The notes beneath the pieces were generated by a model. It searched no databases. It had not been told where the DNA came from and saw nothing but the letters and a program-made list of their open reading frames with translations. The translations under genes and the position numbers were made by a program. From Nemertoderma westbladi (taxonomy: Eukaryota; Animalia; Xenacoelomorpha): a stretch of DNA of 64,000 bases. Where the stretch lies: the NCBI GenBank assembly GCA_032718475.1, contig JAUCBJ010004961.1:13853-77852 (forward strand). The letters run 5' to 3'. This document shows, one piece after another, positions 40,001 through 55,000 of this stretch. Position 1 is the stretch's first letter; every line of letters starts with the position of its first letter.

Positions 40001-43000
40001 AATGGAAAACTCATTTCCCCACCCACGGTGTAAGGCACAGAGCAAATGGAAAACTCATTTCCCCACCCACGGTGTAAGGCAGAGAGCAAATGGAAAACTC
40101 ATTTCCCCACCCACGGTGTAAGGCAGAGAGCAAATGGAAAACTCATTTCCCCACCCACGGTGTAAGCCGCAGAGCAAATGGAAAACTCATTTCCCCACCC
40201 ACGGTGTAAGGCAGAGAGCAAATGGAAAACTCATTTCCCCACCCACGGTGTAAGGCAGAGAGCAAATGGAAAACTCATTTCCCCACCCACGGTGTAAGGC
40301 AGAGAGCAAATGGAAAACTCATTTCCCCACCCACGGTGTAAGCCGCAGAGCAAATGGAAAACTCATTTCCCCACCCACGGTGTAAGGCAGAGAGCAAATG
40401 GAAAACTCATTTCCCCACCCACGGTGTAAGGCAGAGAGCAAATGGAAAACTCATTTCCCCACCCACGGTGTAAGCCGCAGAGCAAATGGAAAACTCATTT
40501 CCCACCCACGGTGTAAGGCACAGAGCAAATGGAAAACTCATTGCCCTACCCACGGTGTAAGGCACAGAGCAAATGGAAAACTCATTTCCCCACCCACGGT
40601 GTAAGGCACAGAGCAAATGGAAAACTCATTTCCCCACCCACGGTGTAAGCCGCAGAGCAAATGGAAAACTCATTTCCCCACCCACGGTGTAAGGCACAGA
40701 GCAAATGGAAAACTCATTTCCCACCCACGGTGTAAGGCACAGAGCAAATGGAAAACTCATTTCCCCACCCACGGTGTAAGGCACAGAGCAAATGGAAAAC
40801 TCATTTCCCCACCCACGGTGTAAGCCGCAGAGCAAAAGGAAAACTCATTTCACCACCCACGGTGTAAGCCGCAGAGCAAATGGAAAACTCATTTCCCCAC
40901 CCACGGTGTAAGGCACAGAGCAAATGGAAAACTAATTTCCCCACCCACGGTGTAAGCCGCAGAGCAAATGGAAAACTCATTTCCCCACCCACGGTCTAAG
41001 GCACAGAGCAAATGGAAAACTCATTTCCCCACCCACGGTGTAAGCCGCAGAGCAAATGGAAAACTCATTTCCCCACCCACGGTGTAAGCCGCAGAGCAAA
41101 AGGAAAACTCATTTCACCACCCACGGTGTAAGCCGCAGAGCAAATGGAAAACTCATTTCCCCACCCACGGTGTAAGCCGCAGAGCAAAAGGAAAACTCAT
41201 TTCACCACCCACGGTGTAAGCCGCAGAGCAAATGGAAAACTCATTTCCCCACCCACGGTGTAAGGCACAGAGCAAATGGAAAACTCATTTCCTCACCCAT
41301 GGTGTAAGGCAGAGAGCAAATGGAAAACTCATTTCACCACCCACGGTGTAAGCCGCAGAGCAAATGGAAAACTCATTTCCCCACCCACGGTGTAAGCCGC
41401 AGAGCAAAAGGAAAACTCATTTCACCACCCACGGTGTAAGCCACAGAGCAAAAGGAAAACTCATTTCCCACCCACGGTGTAAGGCACAGAGCAAATGGAA
41501 AACTCATTTCCCCACCCACGGTGTAAGGCACAGAGCAAATGGAAAACTCATTTCCCCACCCACGGTGTAAGGCACAGAGCAAATGGAAAACTCATTTCCC
41601 CACCCACGGTGTAAGGCACAGAGCAAATGGAAAACTCATTTCCCCACCCACGGTGTAAGCCGCAGAGCAAATGGAAAACTCATTTCCCCACCCACGGTGT
41701 AAGGCACAGAGCAAATGGAAAACTCATTTCCCACCCACGGTGTAAGGCACAGAGCAAATGGAAAACTCATTTCCCCACCCACGGTGTAAGGCACAGAGCA
41801 AATGGAAAACTCATTTCCCCACCCACGGTGTAAGCCGCAGAGCAAAAGGAAAACTCATTTCACCACCCACGGTGTAAGCCGCAGAGCAAATGGAAAACTC
41901 ATTTCCCCACCCACGGTGTAAGGCACAGAGCAAATGGAAAACTAATTTCCCCACCCACGGTGTAAGCCGCAGAGCAAATGGAAAACTCATTTCCCCACCC
42001 ACGGTCTAAGGCACAGAGCAAATGGAAAACTCATTTCCCCACCCACGGTGTAAGCCGCAGAGCAAATGGAAAACTCATTTCCCCACCCACGGTGTAAGCC
42101 GCAGAGCAAAAGGAAAACTCATTTCACCACCCACGGTGTAAGCCGCAGAGCAAATGGAAAACTCATTTCCCCACCCACGGTGTAAGCCGCAGAGCAAAAG
42201 GAAAACTCATTTCACCACCCACGGTGTAAGCCGCAGAGCAAATGGAAAACTCATTTCCCCACCCACGGTGTAAGGCACAGAGCAAATGGAAAACTCATTT
42301 CCTCACCCATGGTGTAAGGCAGAGAGCAAATGGAAAACTCATTTCACCACCCACGGTGTAAGCCGCAGAGCAAATGGAAAACTCATTTCCCCACCCACGG
42401 TGTAAGCCGCAGAGCAAAAGGAAAACTCATTTCACCACCCACGGTGTAAGCCGCAGAGCAAATGGAAAACTCATTTCCCCACCCACGGTGTAAGGCACAG
42501 AGCAAATGGAAAACTCATTTCCCCACCCACGGTGTAAGGCACAGAGCAAATGGAAAACTAATTTCCCCACCCACGGTGTAAGGCACAGAGCAAATGGAAA
42601 ACTCATTTCCTCACCCACGGTGTAAGGCACAGAGCAAATGGAAAACTAATTTCACCACCCACGGTGTAAGCCGCAGAGCAAATGGAAAACTCATTTCCCC
42701 ACCCACGGTGTAAGGCGCAGAGCAAATGGAAAACTCATTTCCCGACCCACGGTGTAAGGCACAGAGCAAATGGAAAACTCATTTCCCCACCCACGGTGTA
42801 AGGCACAGAGCAAATGGAAAACTCATTTCCCCACCCACGGTGTAAGGCACAGAGCAAATGGAAAACTCATTTCCCCACCCACGGTGTAAGCCGCAGAGCA
42901 AATGGAAAACTCATTTCCCACCCACGGTGTAAGGCACAGAGCAAATGGAAAACTCATTGCCCTACCCACGGTGTAAGGCACAGAGCAAATGGAAAACTAA

Positions 43001-46000
43001 TTTCCCCACCCACGGTGTAAGGCACAGAGCAAATGGAAAACTCATTTCCCCACCCACGGTGTAAGGCACAGAGCAAATGGAAAACTCATTTCCCACCCAC
43101 GGTGTAAGGCACAGAGCAAATGGAAAACTCATTTCACCACCCACGGTGTAAGGCACAGAGCAAATGGAAAACTCATTTCGCGACCCACGGTGTAAGGCGC
43201 AGAGCAAAAGGAAAACTCATTTCCCACCCACGGTGTAAGGCACAGAGCAAATGGAAAACTCATTTCCCGACCCACGGTGTAAGGCGCAGAGCAAAAGGAA
43301 AACTCATTTCCCACCCACGGTGTAAGGCACAGAGCAAATGGAAAACTCATTTCCCACCCACGGTGTAAGGCACAGAGCAAATGGAAAACTCATTTCCCGA
43401 CCCACGGTGTAAGGCACAGAGCAAATGGAAAACTCATTTCCCGACCCACGGTGTAAGGCGCAGAGCAAAAGGAAAACTCATTTCCCACCCACGGTGTAAG
43501 GCACAGAGCAAATGGAAAACTCATTTCCCACCCACGGTGTAAGGCACAGAGCAAATGGAAAACTCATTTCCCCACCCACGGTGTAAGGCACAGAGCAAAT
43601 GGAAAACTCATTTCCCGACCCACGGTGTAAGGCGCAGAGCAAAAGGAAAACTCATTTCCCACCCACGGTGTAAGGCACAGAGCAAATGGAAAACTCATTT
43701 CCCGACCCACGGTGTAAGGCGCAGAGCAAAAGGAAAACTCATTTCCCACCCACGGTGTAAGGCACAGAGCAAATGGAAAACTCATTTCCCACCCACGGTG
43801 TAAGGCACAGAGCAAATGGAAAACTCATTTCCCGACCCACGGTGTAAGGCGCAGAGCAAAAGGAAAACTCATTTCCCACCCACGGTGTAAGGCACAGAGC
43901 AAATGGAAAACTCATTTCCCGACCCACGGTGTAAGGCGCAGAGCAAAAGGAAAACTCATTTCCCACCCACGGTGTAAGGCACAGAGCAAATGGAAAACTC
44001 ATTTCCCACCCACGGTGTAAGGCACAGAGCAAATGGAAAACTCATTTCCCACCCACGGTCTAAGGCACAGAGCAAATGGAAAACTCATTTCCCCACCCAC
44101 GGTCTAAGGCACAGAGCAAATGGAAAACTCATTTCCCCACCCACGGTCTAAGGCACAGAGCAAATGGAAAACTCATTTCCCCACCCACGGTCTAAGGCAC
44201 AGAGCAAATGGAAAACTCATTTCCCACCCACGGTGTAAGGCACAGAGCAAATGGAAAACTCATTTCCCACCCACGGTGTAAGGCACAGAGCAAATGGAAA
44301 ACTCATTTCCCACCCACGGTGTAAGGCACAGAGCAAATGGAAAACTCATTTCCCACCCACGGTGTAAGGCACAGAGCAAATGGAAAACTCATTTCCCCAC
44401 CCACGGTCTAAGGCACAGAGCAAATGGAAAACTCATTTCCCCACCCACGGTCTAAGGCACAGAGCAAATGGAAAACTCATTTCCCCACCCACGGTCTAAG
44501 GCACAGAGCAAATGGAAAACTCATTTCCCCACCCACGGTCTAAGGCACAGAGCAAATGGAAAACTCATTTCCCCACCCACGGTCTAAGGCACAGAGCAAA
44601 TGGAAAACTCATTTCCCACCCACGGTGTAAGGCACAGAGCAAATGGAAAACTCATTTCCCCACCCACGGTGTAAGGCACAGAGCAAATGGAAAACTCATT
44701 TCCCCACCCATGGTGTAAGGCACAGAACAAATGGAAAACTCATTTCCCCACCCACGGTGTAAGGCGCAGAAGCAAATGGAAAACTCATTGCCCTACCCAC
44801 GGTGTAAGGCACAGAGCAAATGGAAAACTCATTTCCCCACCCACGGTGTAAGGCACAGAGCAAATGGAAAACTCATTTCCCCACCCATGGTGTAAGGCAC
44901 AGAACAAATGGAAAACTCATTTCCCCACCCACGGTGTAAGGCGCAGAAGCAAATGGAAAACTCATTGCCCTACCCACGGTGTAAGGCACAGAGCAAATGG
45001 AAAACTCATTTCCCCACCCACGGTGTAAGGCACAGAGCAAATGGAAAACTCATTTCCCCACCCACGGTGTAAGCCGCAGAGCAAATGGAAAACTCATTTC
45101 CCCACCCACGGTCTAAGGCACAGAGCAAATGGAAAACTAATTGCCCCACCCACGGTGTAAGGCACAGAGCAAATGGAAAACTCATTTCCCCACCCACGGT
45201 GTAAGGCACAGAGCAAATGGAAAACTCATTTCCCCACCCACGGTGTAAGGCACAGAGCAAATGGAAAACTCATTTCCCCACCCACGGTGTAAGGCACAGA
45301 GCAAATGGAAAACTAATTTCCCCACCCACGGTGTAAGGCACAGAGCAAATGGAAAACTAATTGCCCCACCCACGGTCTAAGGCACAGAGCAAATGGAAAA
45401 CTCATTTCCCCACCCACGGTGTAAGGCACAGAGCAAATGGAAAACTCATTTCCCCACCCACGGTGTAAGGCACAGAGCAAATGGAAAACTCATTTCCCCA
45501 CCCACGGTGTAAGGCACAGAGCAAATGGAAAACTCATTTCCCCACCCACGGTGTAAGGCACAGAGCAAATGGAAAACTCATTTCCCCACCCACGGTGTAA
45601 GGCACAGAGCAAATGGAAAACTCATTTCCCCACCCACGGTGTAAGCCGCAGAGCAAATGGAAAACTCATTTCCCCACCCACGGTGTAAGGCGCAGAGCAA
45701 AAGGAAAACTCATTTCCCCACCCACGGTGTAAGGCGCAGAGCAAAAGGAAAACTCATTTCCCCACCCACGGGGTAAGGCACAGAGCAAATGGAAAACTCA
45801 TTTCCCCACCCACGGTGTAAGGCGCAGAGCAAAAGGAAAACTCATTTCCCCACCCACGGTGTAAGGCGCAGAGCAAAAGGAAAACTCATTTCCCCACCCA
45901 CGGTGTAAGGCGCAGAGCAAAAGGAAAACTCATTTACCCACCCACGGTGTAAGGCGCAGAGCAAAAGGAAAACTCATTTCCCCACCCACGGTGTAAGGCA

Positions 46001-49000
46001 CAGAGCAAATGGAAAACTCATTTCCCCACCCACGGTGTAAGGCACAGAGCAAATGGAAAACTCATTTCCCACCCACGGTCTAAGGCACAGAGCAAATGGA
46101 AAACTCATTTCCCCACCCACGGTGTAAGGCGCAGAGCAAAAGGAAAACTCATTTACCCACCCACGGTGTAAGGCGCAGAGCAAAAGGAAAACTCATTTCC
46201 CCACCCACGGTGTAAGGCACAGAGCAAATGGAAAACTAATTTCCCCACCCACGGTGTAAGCCGCAGAGCAAATGGAAAACTTATTTCCCCACCCACGGTG
46301 TAAGGCACAGAGCAAATGGAAAACTCATTTCCCCACCCACGGTGTAAGGCACAGAGCAAATGGAAAACTCATTTCCCACCCACGGTGTAAGGCACAGAGC
46401 AAATGGAAAACTCATTTCCCCACCCACGGTGTAAGGCGCAGAGCAAAAGGAAAACTCATTTCCCCACCCACGGTGTAAGGCGCAGAGCAAAAGGAAAACT
46501 CATTTCCCCACCCACGGTGTAAGGCACAGAGCAAATGGAAAACTAATTTCCCCACCCACGGTGTAAGGCAGAGAGCAAATGGAAAACTCATTTCCCCACC
46601 CACGGTGTGAGGCACAGAACAGAGCAAATGGAAAACTAATTTCCCCACCCACGGTGTAAGGCACAGAGCAAATGGAAAACTCATTTCCCCACCCACGGTG
46701 TAAGGCGCAGAGCAAAAGGAAAACTCATTTCCCCACCCACGGTGTAAGGCACAGAGTAAATGGAAAACTCATTTCACCACCCACGGTGTAAGCCGCAGAG
46801 CAAATGGAAAACTCATTTCCCCACCCACGGTGTAAGGCGCAGAGCAAAAGGAAAACTCATTTCCCCACCCACGGTGTAAGGCACAGAGCAAATGGAAAAC
46901 TAATTTCCCCACCCACGGTGTAAGGCACAGAGTAAATGGAAAACTCATTTCACCACCCACGGTGTAAGCCGCAGAGCAAATGGAAAACTCATTTCCCCAC
47001 CCACGGTGTAAGGCGCAGAGCAAAAGGAAAACTCATTTCCCCACCCACGGTGTAAGGCACAGAGCAAATGGAAAACTCATTTCCCCACCCACGGTGTAAG
47101 GCACAGAGCAAATGGAAAACTCATTTCACCACCCACGGTGTAAGCCGCAGAGCAAATGGAAAACTCATTTCCCCACCCACGGTGTAAGGCGCAGAGCAAA
47201 TGGAAAACTCATTTCCCCACCCACGGTCTAAGGCACAGAGCAAATGGAAAACTAATTGCCCCACCCACGGTGTAAGGCGCAGAGCAAAAGGAAAACTCAT
47301 TTCCCCACCCACGGTGTAAGGCACAGAGCAAATGGAAAACTAATTTCCCCACCCACGGTGTAAGGCACAGAGCAAATGGAAAACTCATTTCCCGACCCAC
47401 GGTGTAAGGCGCAGAGCAAAAGGAAAACTCATTTCCCACCCACGGTGTAAGGCACAGAGCAAATGGAAAACTAATTGCCCCACCCACGGTGTAAGGCACA
47501 GAGCAAATGGAAAACTCATTTCCCCACCCACGGTGTAAGCCGCAGAGCAAATGGAAAACTCATTTCCCCACCCACGGTCTAAGGCACAGAGCAAATGGAA
47601 AACTAATTTCCCGACCCACGGTGTAAGGCAGAGAGCAAATGGAAAACTAATTTCCCCACCCACGGTGTAAGGCACAGAGCAAATGGAAAACTCATTTCCC
47701 GACCCACGGTGTAAGGCACAGAGCAAATGGAAAACTAATTTCCCCACCCACGGTGTAAGGCACAGAGCAAATGGAAAACTCATTTCCCGACCCACGGTGT
47801 AAGGCACAGAGCAAATGGAAAACTCATTTCCCCACCCACGGTGTAAGGCACAGAGCAAATGGAAAACTCATTTCCCGACCCACGGTGTAAGGCGCAGAGC
47901 AAAAGGAAAACTCATTTCCCACCCACGGTCTAAGGCGCAGAGCAAATGGAAAACTCATTTCCCGACCCACGGTGTAAGGCACAGAGCAAATGGAAAACTC
48001 ATTTCCCCACCCACGGTGTAAGGCACAGAGCAAATGGAAAACTCATTTCCCGACCCACGGTGTAAGGCACAGAGCAAATGGAAAACTCATTTCCCGACCC
48101 ACGGTGTAAGGCACAGAGCAAATGGAAAACTCATTTCCCGACCCACGGTGTAAGGCACAGAGCAAATGGAAAACTCATTTCCCCACCCACGGTGTAAGGC
48201 ACAGAGCAAATGGAAAACTAATTTCCCCACCCACGGTGTAAGGCACAGAGCAAATGGAAAACTCATTTCCCGACCCACGGTGTAAGGCACAGAGCAAATG
48301 GAAAACTCATTTCCCCACCCACGGTGTAAGGCACAGAGCAAATGGAAAACTCATTTCCCGACCCACGGTGTAAGGCGCAGAGCAAATGGAAAACTCATTT
48401 CCCCACCCACGGTGTAAGGCACAGAGCAAATGGAAAACTAATTGCCCCACCCACGGTGTAAGGCACAGAGCAAATGGAAAACTCATTTCCCGACCCACGG
48501 TGTAAGGCGCAGAGCAAAAGGAAAACTCATTTCCCACCCACGGTGTAAGGCACAGAGCAAATGGAAAACTAATTTCCCCACCCACGGTGTAAGGCACAGA
48601 GCAAATGGAAAACTAATTTCCCCACCCACGGTGTAAGGCACAGAGCAAATGGAAAACTCATTTCCCCACCCACGGTGTAAGGCACAGAGCAAATGGAAAA
48701 CTCATTTCCCGACCCACGGTGTAAGGCGCAGAGCAAATGGAAAACTCATTTCCCCACCCACGGTGTAAGGCACAGAGCAAATGGAAAACTAATTGCCACA
48801 CCCACGGTGTAAGGCACAGAGCAAATGGAAAACTCATTTCCCGACCCACGGTGTAAGGCGCAGAGCAAAAGGAAAACTCATTTCCCACCCACGGTGTAAG
48901 GCACAGAGCAAATGGAAAACTAATTTCCCCACCCACGGTGTAAGGCACAGAGCAAATGGAAAACTAATTTCCCCACCCACGGTGTAAGGCACAGAGCAAA

Positions 49001-52000
49001 TGGAAAACTCATTTCCCCACCCACGGTGTAAGGCGCAGAGCAAATGGAAAACTCATTTCACCACCCACGGTGTAAGGCACAGAGCAAATGGAAAACTAAT
49101 TGCCCCACCCACGGTGTAAGGCACAGAGCAAATGGAAAACTCATTTCCCGACCCACGGTGTAAGGCGCAGAGCAAAAGGAAAACTCATTTCCCACCCACG
49201 GTGTAAGGCACAGAGCAAATGGAAAACTAATTTCCCCACCCACGGTGTAAGGCACAGAGCAAAAGGAAAACTCATTTCCCACCCACGGTGTAAGGCACAG
49301 AGCAAATGGAAAACTAATTTCCCCACCCACGGTGTAAGGCACAGAGCAAATGGAAAACTCATTTCACCACCCACGGTGTAAGCCGCAGAGCAAATGGAAA
49401 ACTCATTTCCCCACCCACGGTGTAAGGCACAGAGCAAATGGAAAACTCATTTCCCCACCCACGGTGTAAGGCACAGAGCAAATGGAAAACTCATTTCCCC
49501 ACCCACGGTGTAAGGCACAGAGCAAATGGAAAACTCATTTCCCCACCCACGGTGTAAGGCACAGAGCAAATGGAAAACTCATTTCCCCACCCACGGTGTA
49601 AGGCACAGAGCAAATGGAAAACTCATTTCCCCACCCACGGTGTAAGCCGCAGAGCAAATGGAAAACTCATTTCCCCACCCACGGTGTAAGGCGCAGAGCA
49701 AAAGGAAAACTCATTTCCCCACCCACGGTGTAAGGCGCAGAGCAAAAGGAAAACTCATTTCCCCACCCACGGTGTAAGGCGCAGAGCAAAAGGAAAACTC
49801 ATTTCCCCACCCACGGTGTAAGGCGCAGAGCAAAAGGAAAACTCATTTCCCCACCCACGGTGTAAGGCAGAGAGCAAATGGAAAACTCATTTCCCCACCC
49901 ACGGTGTAAGGCACAGAGCAAATGGAAAACTCATTTCCCCACCCACGGTGTAAGGCACAGAGCAAATGGAAAACTCATTTCACCACCCACGGTGTAAGCC
50001 GCAGAGCAAATGGAAAACTCATTTCCCCACCCACGGTGTAAGGCGCAGAGCAAAAGGAAAACTCATTTCCCCACCCACGGTGTAAGGCACAGAGCAAATG
50101 GAAAACTAATTGCCCCACCCACGGTGTAAGGCAGAGAGCAAATGGAAAACTCATTTCACCACCCACGGTGTAAGCCGCAGAGCAAATGGAAAACTCATTT
50201 CCCCACCCACGGTGTAAGGCGCAGAGCAAAAGGAAAACTCATTTCCCCACCCACGGTAAGGCACAGAGCAAATGGAAAACTCATTTCCCCACCCACGGTG
50301 TAAGGCACAGAGCAAATGGAAAACTCATTTCACCACCCACGGTGTAAGCCGCAGAGCAAATGGAAAACTCATTTCCCCACCCACGGTGTAAGGCGCAGAG
50401 CAAAAGGAAAACTCATTTCCCCACCCACGGTGTAAGGCACAGAGCAAATGGAAAACTAATTGCCCCACCCACGGTGTAAGGCAGAGAGCAAATGGAAAAC
50501 TAATTGCCCCACCCACGGTGTAAGGCAGAGAGCAAATGGAAAACTAATTGCCCCACCCACGGTGTAAGGCAGAGAGCAAATGGAAAACTCATTTCCCCAC
50601 CCACGGTGTAAGGCACAGAGCAAATGGAAAACTCATTTCCCGACCCACGGTGTAAGGCACAGAGCAAATGGAAAACTCATTTCCCCACCCACGGTGTAAG
50701 GCACAGAGCAAATGGAAAACTCATTTCACCACCCACGGTGTAAGGCACAGAGCAAATGGAAAACTCATTTCCCCACCCACGGTGTAAGGCACAGAGCAAA
50801 TGGAAAACTAATTGCCCCACCCACGGTGTAAGGCAGAGAGCAAATGGAAAACTAATTGCCCCACCCACGGTGTAAGGCGCAGAGCAAATGGAAAACTCAT
50901 TTCCCCACCCACGGTGTAAGGCACAGAGCAAATGGAAAACTAATTGCCCCACCCACGGTGTAAGGCAGAGAGCAAATGGAAAACTAATTGCCCCACCCAC
51001 GGTGTAAGGCAGAGAGCAAATGGAAAACTCATTTCCCCACCCACGGTGTAAGGCACAGAGCAAATGGAAAACTCATTTCCCCACCCACGGTGTAAGGCAC
51101 AGAGCAAATGGAAAACTCATTTCCCCACCCACGGTGTAAGGCACAGAGCAAATGGAAAACTCATTTCCCCACCCACGGTGTAAGCCGCAGAGCAAATGGA
51201 AAACTCATTTCCCCACCCACGGTGTAAGGCACAGAGCAAATGGAAAACTAATTGCCCCACCCACGGTGTAAGGCAGAGAGCAAATGGAAAACTAATTGCC
51301 CCACCCACGGTGTAAGGCAGAGAGCAAATGGAAAACTCATTTCCCCACCCACGGTGTAAGGCACAGAGCAAATGGAAAACTCATTTCCCCACCCACGGTC
51401 TAAGGCACAGAGCAAATGGAAAACTCATTTCCCCACCCACGGTGTAAGGCACAGAGCAAATGGAAAACTCATTTCCCCACCCACGGTGTAAGCCGCAGAG
51501 CAAATGGAAAACTCATTTCCCCACCCACGGTGTAAGGCGCAGAGCAAATGGAAAACTAATTTCCCCACCCACGGTGTAAGGCACAGAGCAAATGGAAAAC
51601 TCATTTCCCGACCCACGGTGTAAGGCACAGAGCAAATGGAAAACTAATTTCCCCACCCACGGTGTAAGGCACAGAGCAAATGGAAAACTCATTTCCCGAC
51701 CCACGGTGTAAGGCAGAGAGCAAATGGAAAACTCATTTCCCCACCCACGGTGTAAGGCAGAGAGCAAATGGAAAACTCATTTCCCCACCCACGGTGTAAG
51801 GCAGAGAGCAAATGGAAAACTAATTTCCCCACCCACGGTGTAAGGCACAGAGCAAATGGAAAACTCATTTCCCGACCCACGGTGTAAGGCAGAGAGCAAA
51901 TGGAAAACTCATTTCCCCACCCACGGTGTAAGGCACAGAGCAAATGGAAAACTCATTTCCCGACCCACGGTGTAAGGCACAGAGCAAATGGAAAACTCAT

Positions 52001-55000
52001 TTCCCGACCCACGGTGTAAGGCAGAGAGCAAATGGAAAACTCATTTCCCCACCCACGGTGTAAGGCACAGAGCAAATGGAAAACTCATTTCCCGACCCAC
52101 GGTGTAAGGCACAGAGCAAATGGAAAACTAATTTCCCCACCCACGGTGTAAGGCACAGAGCAAATGGAAAACTAATTTCCCCACCCACGGTGTAAGGCAG
52201 AGAGCAAATGGAAAACTCATTTCCCCACCCACGGTGTAAGGCACAGAGCAAATGGAAAACTCATTTCCCGACCCACGGTGTAAGGCACAGAGCAAATGGA
52301 AAACTCATTTCCCCACCCACGGTGTAAGGCAGAGAGCAAATGGAAAACTCATTTCCCCACCCACGGTGTAAGGCACAGAGCAAATGGAAAACTCATTTCC
52401 CGACCCACGGTGTAAGGCGCAGAGCAAAAGGAAAACTCATTTCCCACCCACGGTGTAAGGCACAGAGCAAATGGAAAACTAATTGCCCCACCCACGGTGT
52501 AAGGCACAGAGCAAATGGAAAACTCATTTCCCCACCCACGGTGTAAGGCACAGAGCAAATGGAAAACTCATTTCCCGACCCACGGTGTAAGGCGCAGAGC
52601 AAAAGGAAAACTCATTTCCCACCCACGGTGTAAGGCGCAGAGCAAATGGAAAACTCATTTCCCCACCCACGGTGTAAGGCACAGAGCAAATGGAAAACTC
52701 ATTTCCCCACCCACGGTGTAAGGCACAGAGCAAATGGAAAACTCATTTCCCCACCCACGGTGTAAGGCACAGAGCAAATGGAAAACTCATTTCCCCACCC
52801 ACGGTGTAAGGCACAGAGCAAATGGAAAACTCATTTCCCGACCCACGGTGTAAGGCGCAGAGCAAAAGGAAAACTCATTTCCCACCCACGGTGTAAGGCA
52901 CAGAGCAAATGGAAAACTAATTGCCCCACCCACGGTGTAAGGCACAGAGCAAATGGAAAACTCATTTCCCCACCCACGGTGTAAGGCACAGAGCAAATGG
53001 AAAACTCATTTCCCCACCCACGGTGTAAGGCACAGAGCAAATGGAAAACTCATTTCCCCACCCACGGTGTAAGGCACAGAGCAAATGGAAAACTCATTTC
53101 CCCACCCACGGTGTAAGGCACAGAGCAAATGGAAAACTCATTTCCCCACCCACGGTGTAAGGCACAGAGCAAATGGAAAACTCATTTCCCCACCCACGGT
53201 GTAAGGCACAGAGCAAATGGAAAACTCATTTCCCCACCCACGGTGTAAGGCGCAGAGCAAATGGAAAACTCATTTCCCCACCCACGGTGTAAGCCGCAGA
53301 GCAAATGGAAAACTAATTTCCCCACCCACGGTGTAAGGCACAGAGCAAATGGAAAACTCATTTCCCGACCCACGGTGTAAGGCACAGAGCAAATGGAAAA
53401 CTAATTTCCCCACCCACGGTGTAAGGCACAGAGCAAATGGAAAACTCATTTCCCGACCCACGGTGTAAGGCAGAGAGCAAATGGAAAACTCATTTCCCCA
53501 CCCACGGTGTAAGGCAGAGAGCAAATGGAAAACTCATTTCCCCACCCACGGTGTAAGGCAGAGAGCAAATGGAAAACTAATTTCCCCACCCACGGTGTAA
53601 GGCACAGAGCAAATGGAAAACTCATTTCCCGACCCACGGTGTAAGGCAGAGAGCAAATGGAAAACTCATTTCCCCACCCACGGTGTAAGGCACAGAGCAA
53701 ATGGAAAACTCATTTCCCGACCCACGGTGTAAGGCACAGAGCAAATGGAAAACTCATTTCCCGACCCACGGTGTAAGGCAGAGAGCAAATGGAAAACTCA
53801 TTTCCCCACCCACGGTGTAAGGCACAGAGCAAATGGAAAACTCATTTCCCGACCCACGGTGTAAGGCACAGAGCAAATGGAAAACTAATTTCCCCACCCA
53901 CGGTGTAAGGCACAGAGCAAATGGAAAACTAATTTCCCCACCCACGGTGTAAGGCAGAGAGCAAATGGAAAACTCATTTCCCCACCCACGGTGTAAGGCA
54001 CAGAGCAAATGGAAAACTCATTTCCCGACCCACGGTGTAAGGCACAGAGCAAATGGAAAACTCATTTCCCCACCCACGGTGTAAGGCAGAGAGCAAATGG
54101 AAAACTCATTTCCCCACCCACGGTGTAAGGCACAGAGCAAATGGAAAACTCATTTCCCGACCCACGGTGTAAGGCGCAGAGCAAAAGGAAAACTCATTTC
54201 CCACCCACGGTGTAAGGCACAGAGCAAATGGAAAACTAATTGCCCCACCCACGGTGTAAGGCACAGAGCAAATGGAAAACTCATTTCCCCACCCACGGTG
54301 TAAGGCACAGAGCAAATGGAAAACTCATTTCCCGACCCACGGTGTAAGGCGCAGAGCAAAAGGAAAACTCATTTCCCACCCACGGTGTAAGGCGCAGAGC
54401 AAATGGAAAACTCATTTCCCCACCCACGGTGTAAGGCACAGAGCAAATGGAAAACTCATTTCCCCACCCACGGTGTAAGGCACAGAGCAAATGGAAAACT
54501 CATTTCCCCACCCACGGTGTAAGGCACAGAGCAAATGGAAAACTCATTTCCCCACCCACGGTGTAAGGCACAGAGCAAATGGAAAACTCATTTCCCGACC
54601 CACGGTGTAAGGCGCAGAGCAAAAGGAAAACTCATTTCCCACCCACGGTGTAAGGCACAGAGCAAATGGAAAACTAATTGCCCCACCCACGGTGTAAGGC
54701 ACAGAGCAAATGGAAAACTCATTTCCCCACCCACGGTGTAAGGCACAGAGCAAATGGAAAACTCATTTCCCCACCCACGGTGTAAGGCACAGAGCAAATG
54801 GAAAACTCATTTCCCCACCCACGGTGTAAGGCACAGAGCAAATGGAAAACTCATTTCCCCACCCACGGTGTAAGGCACAGAGCAAATGGAAAACTCATTT
54901 CCCCACCCACGGTGTAAGGCACAGAGCAAATGGAAAACTCATTTCCCCACCCACGGTGTAAGGCACAGAGCAAATGGAAAACTCATTTCCCCACCCACGG

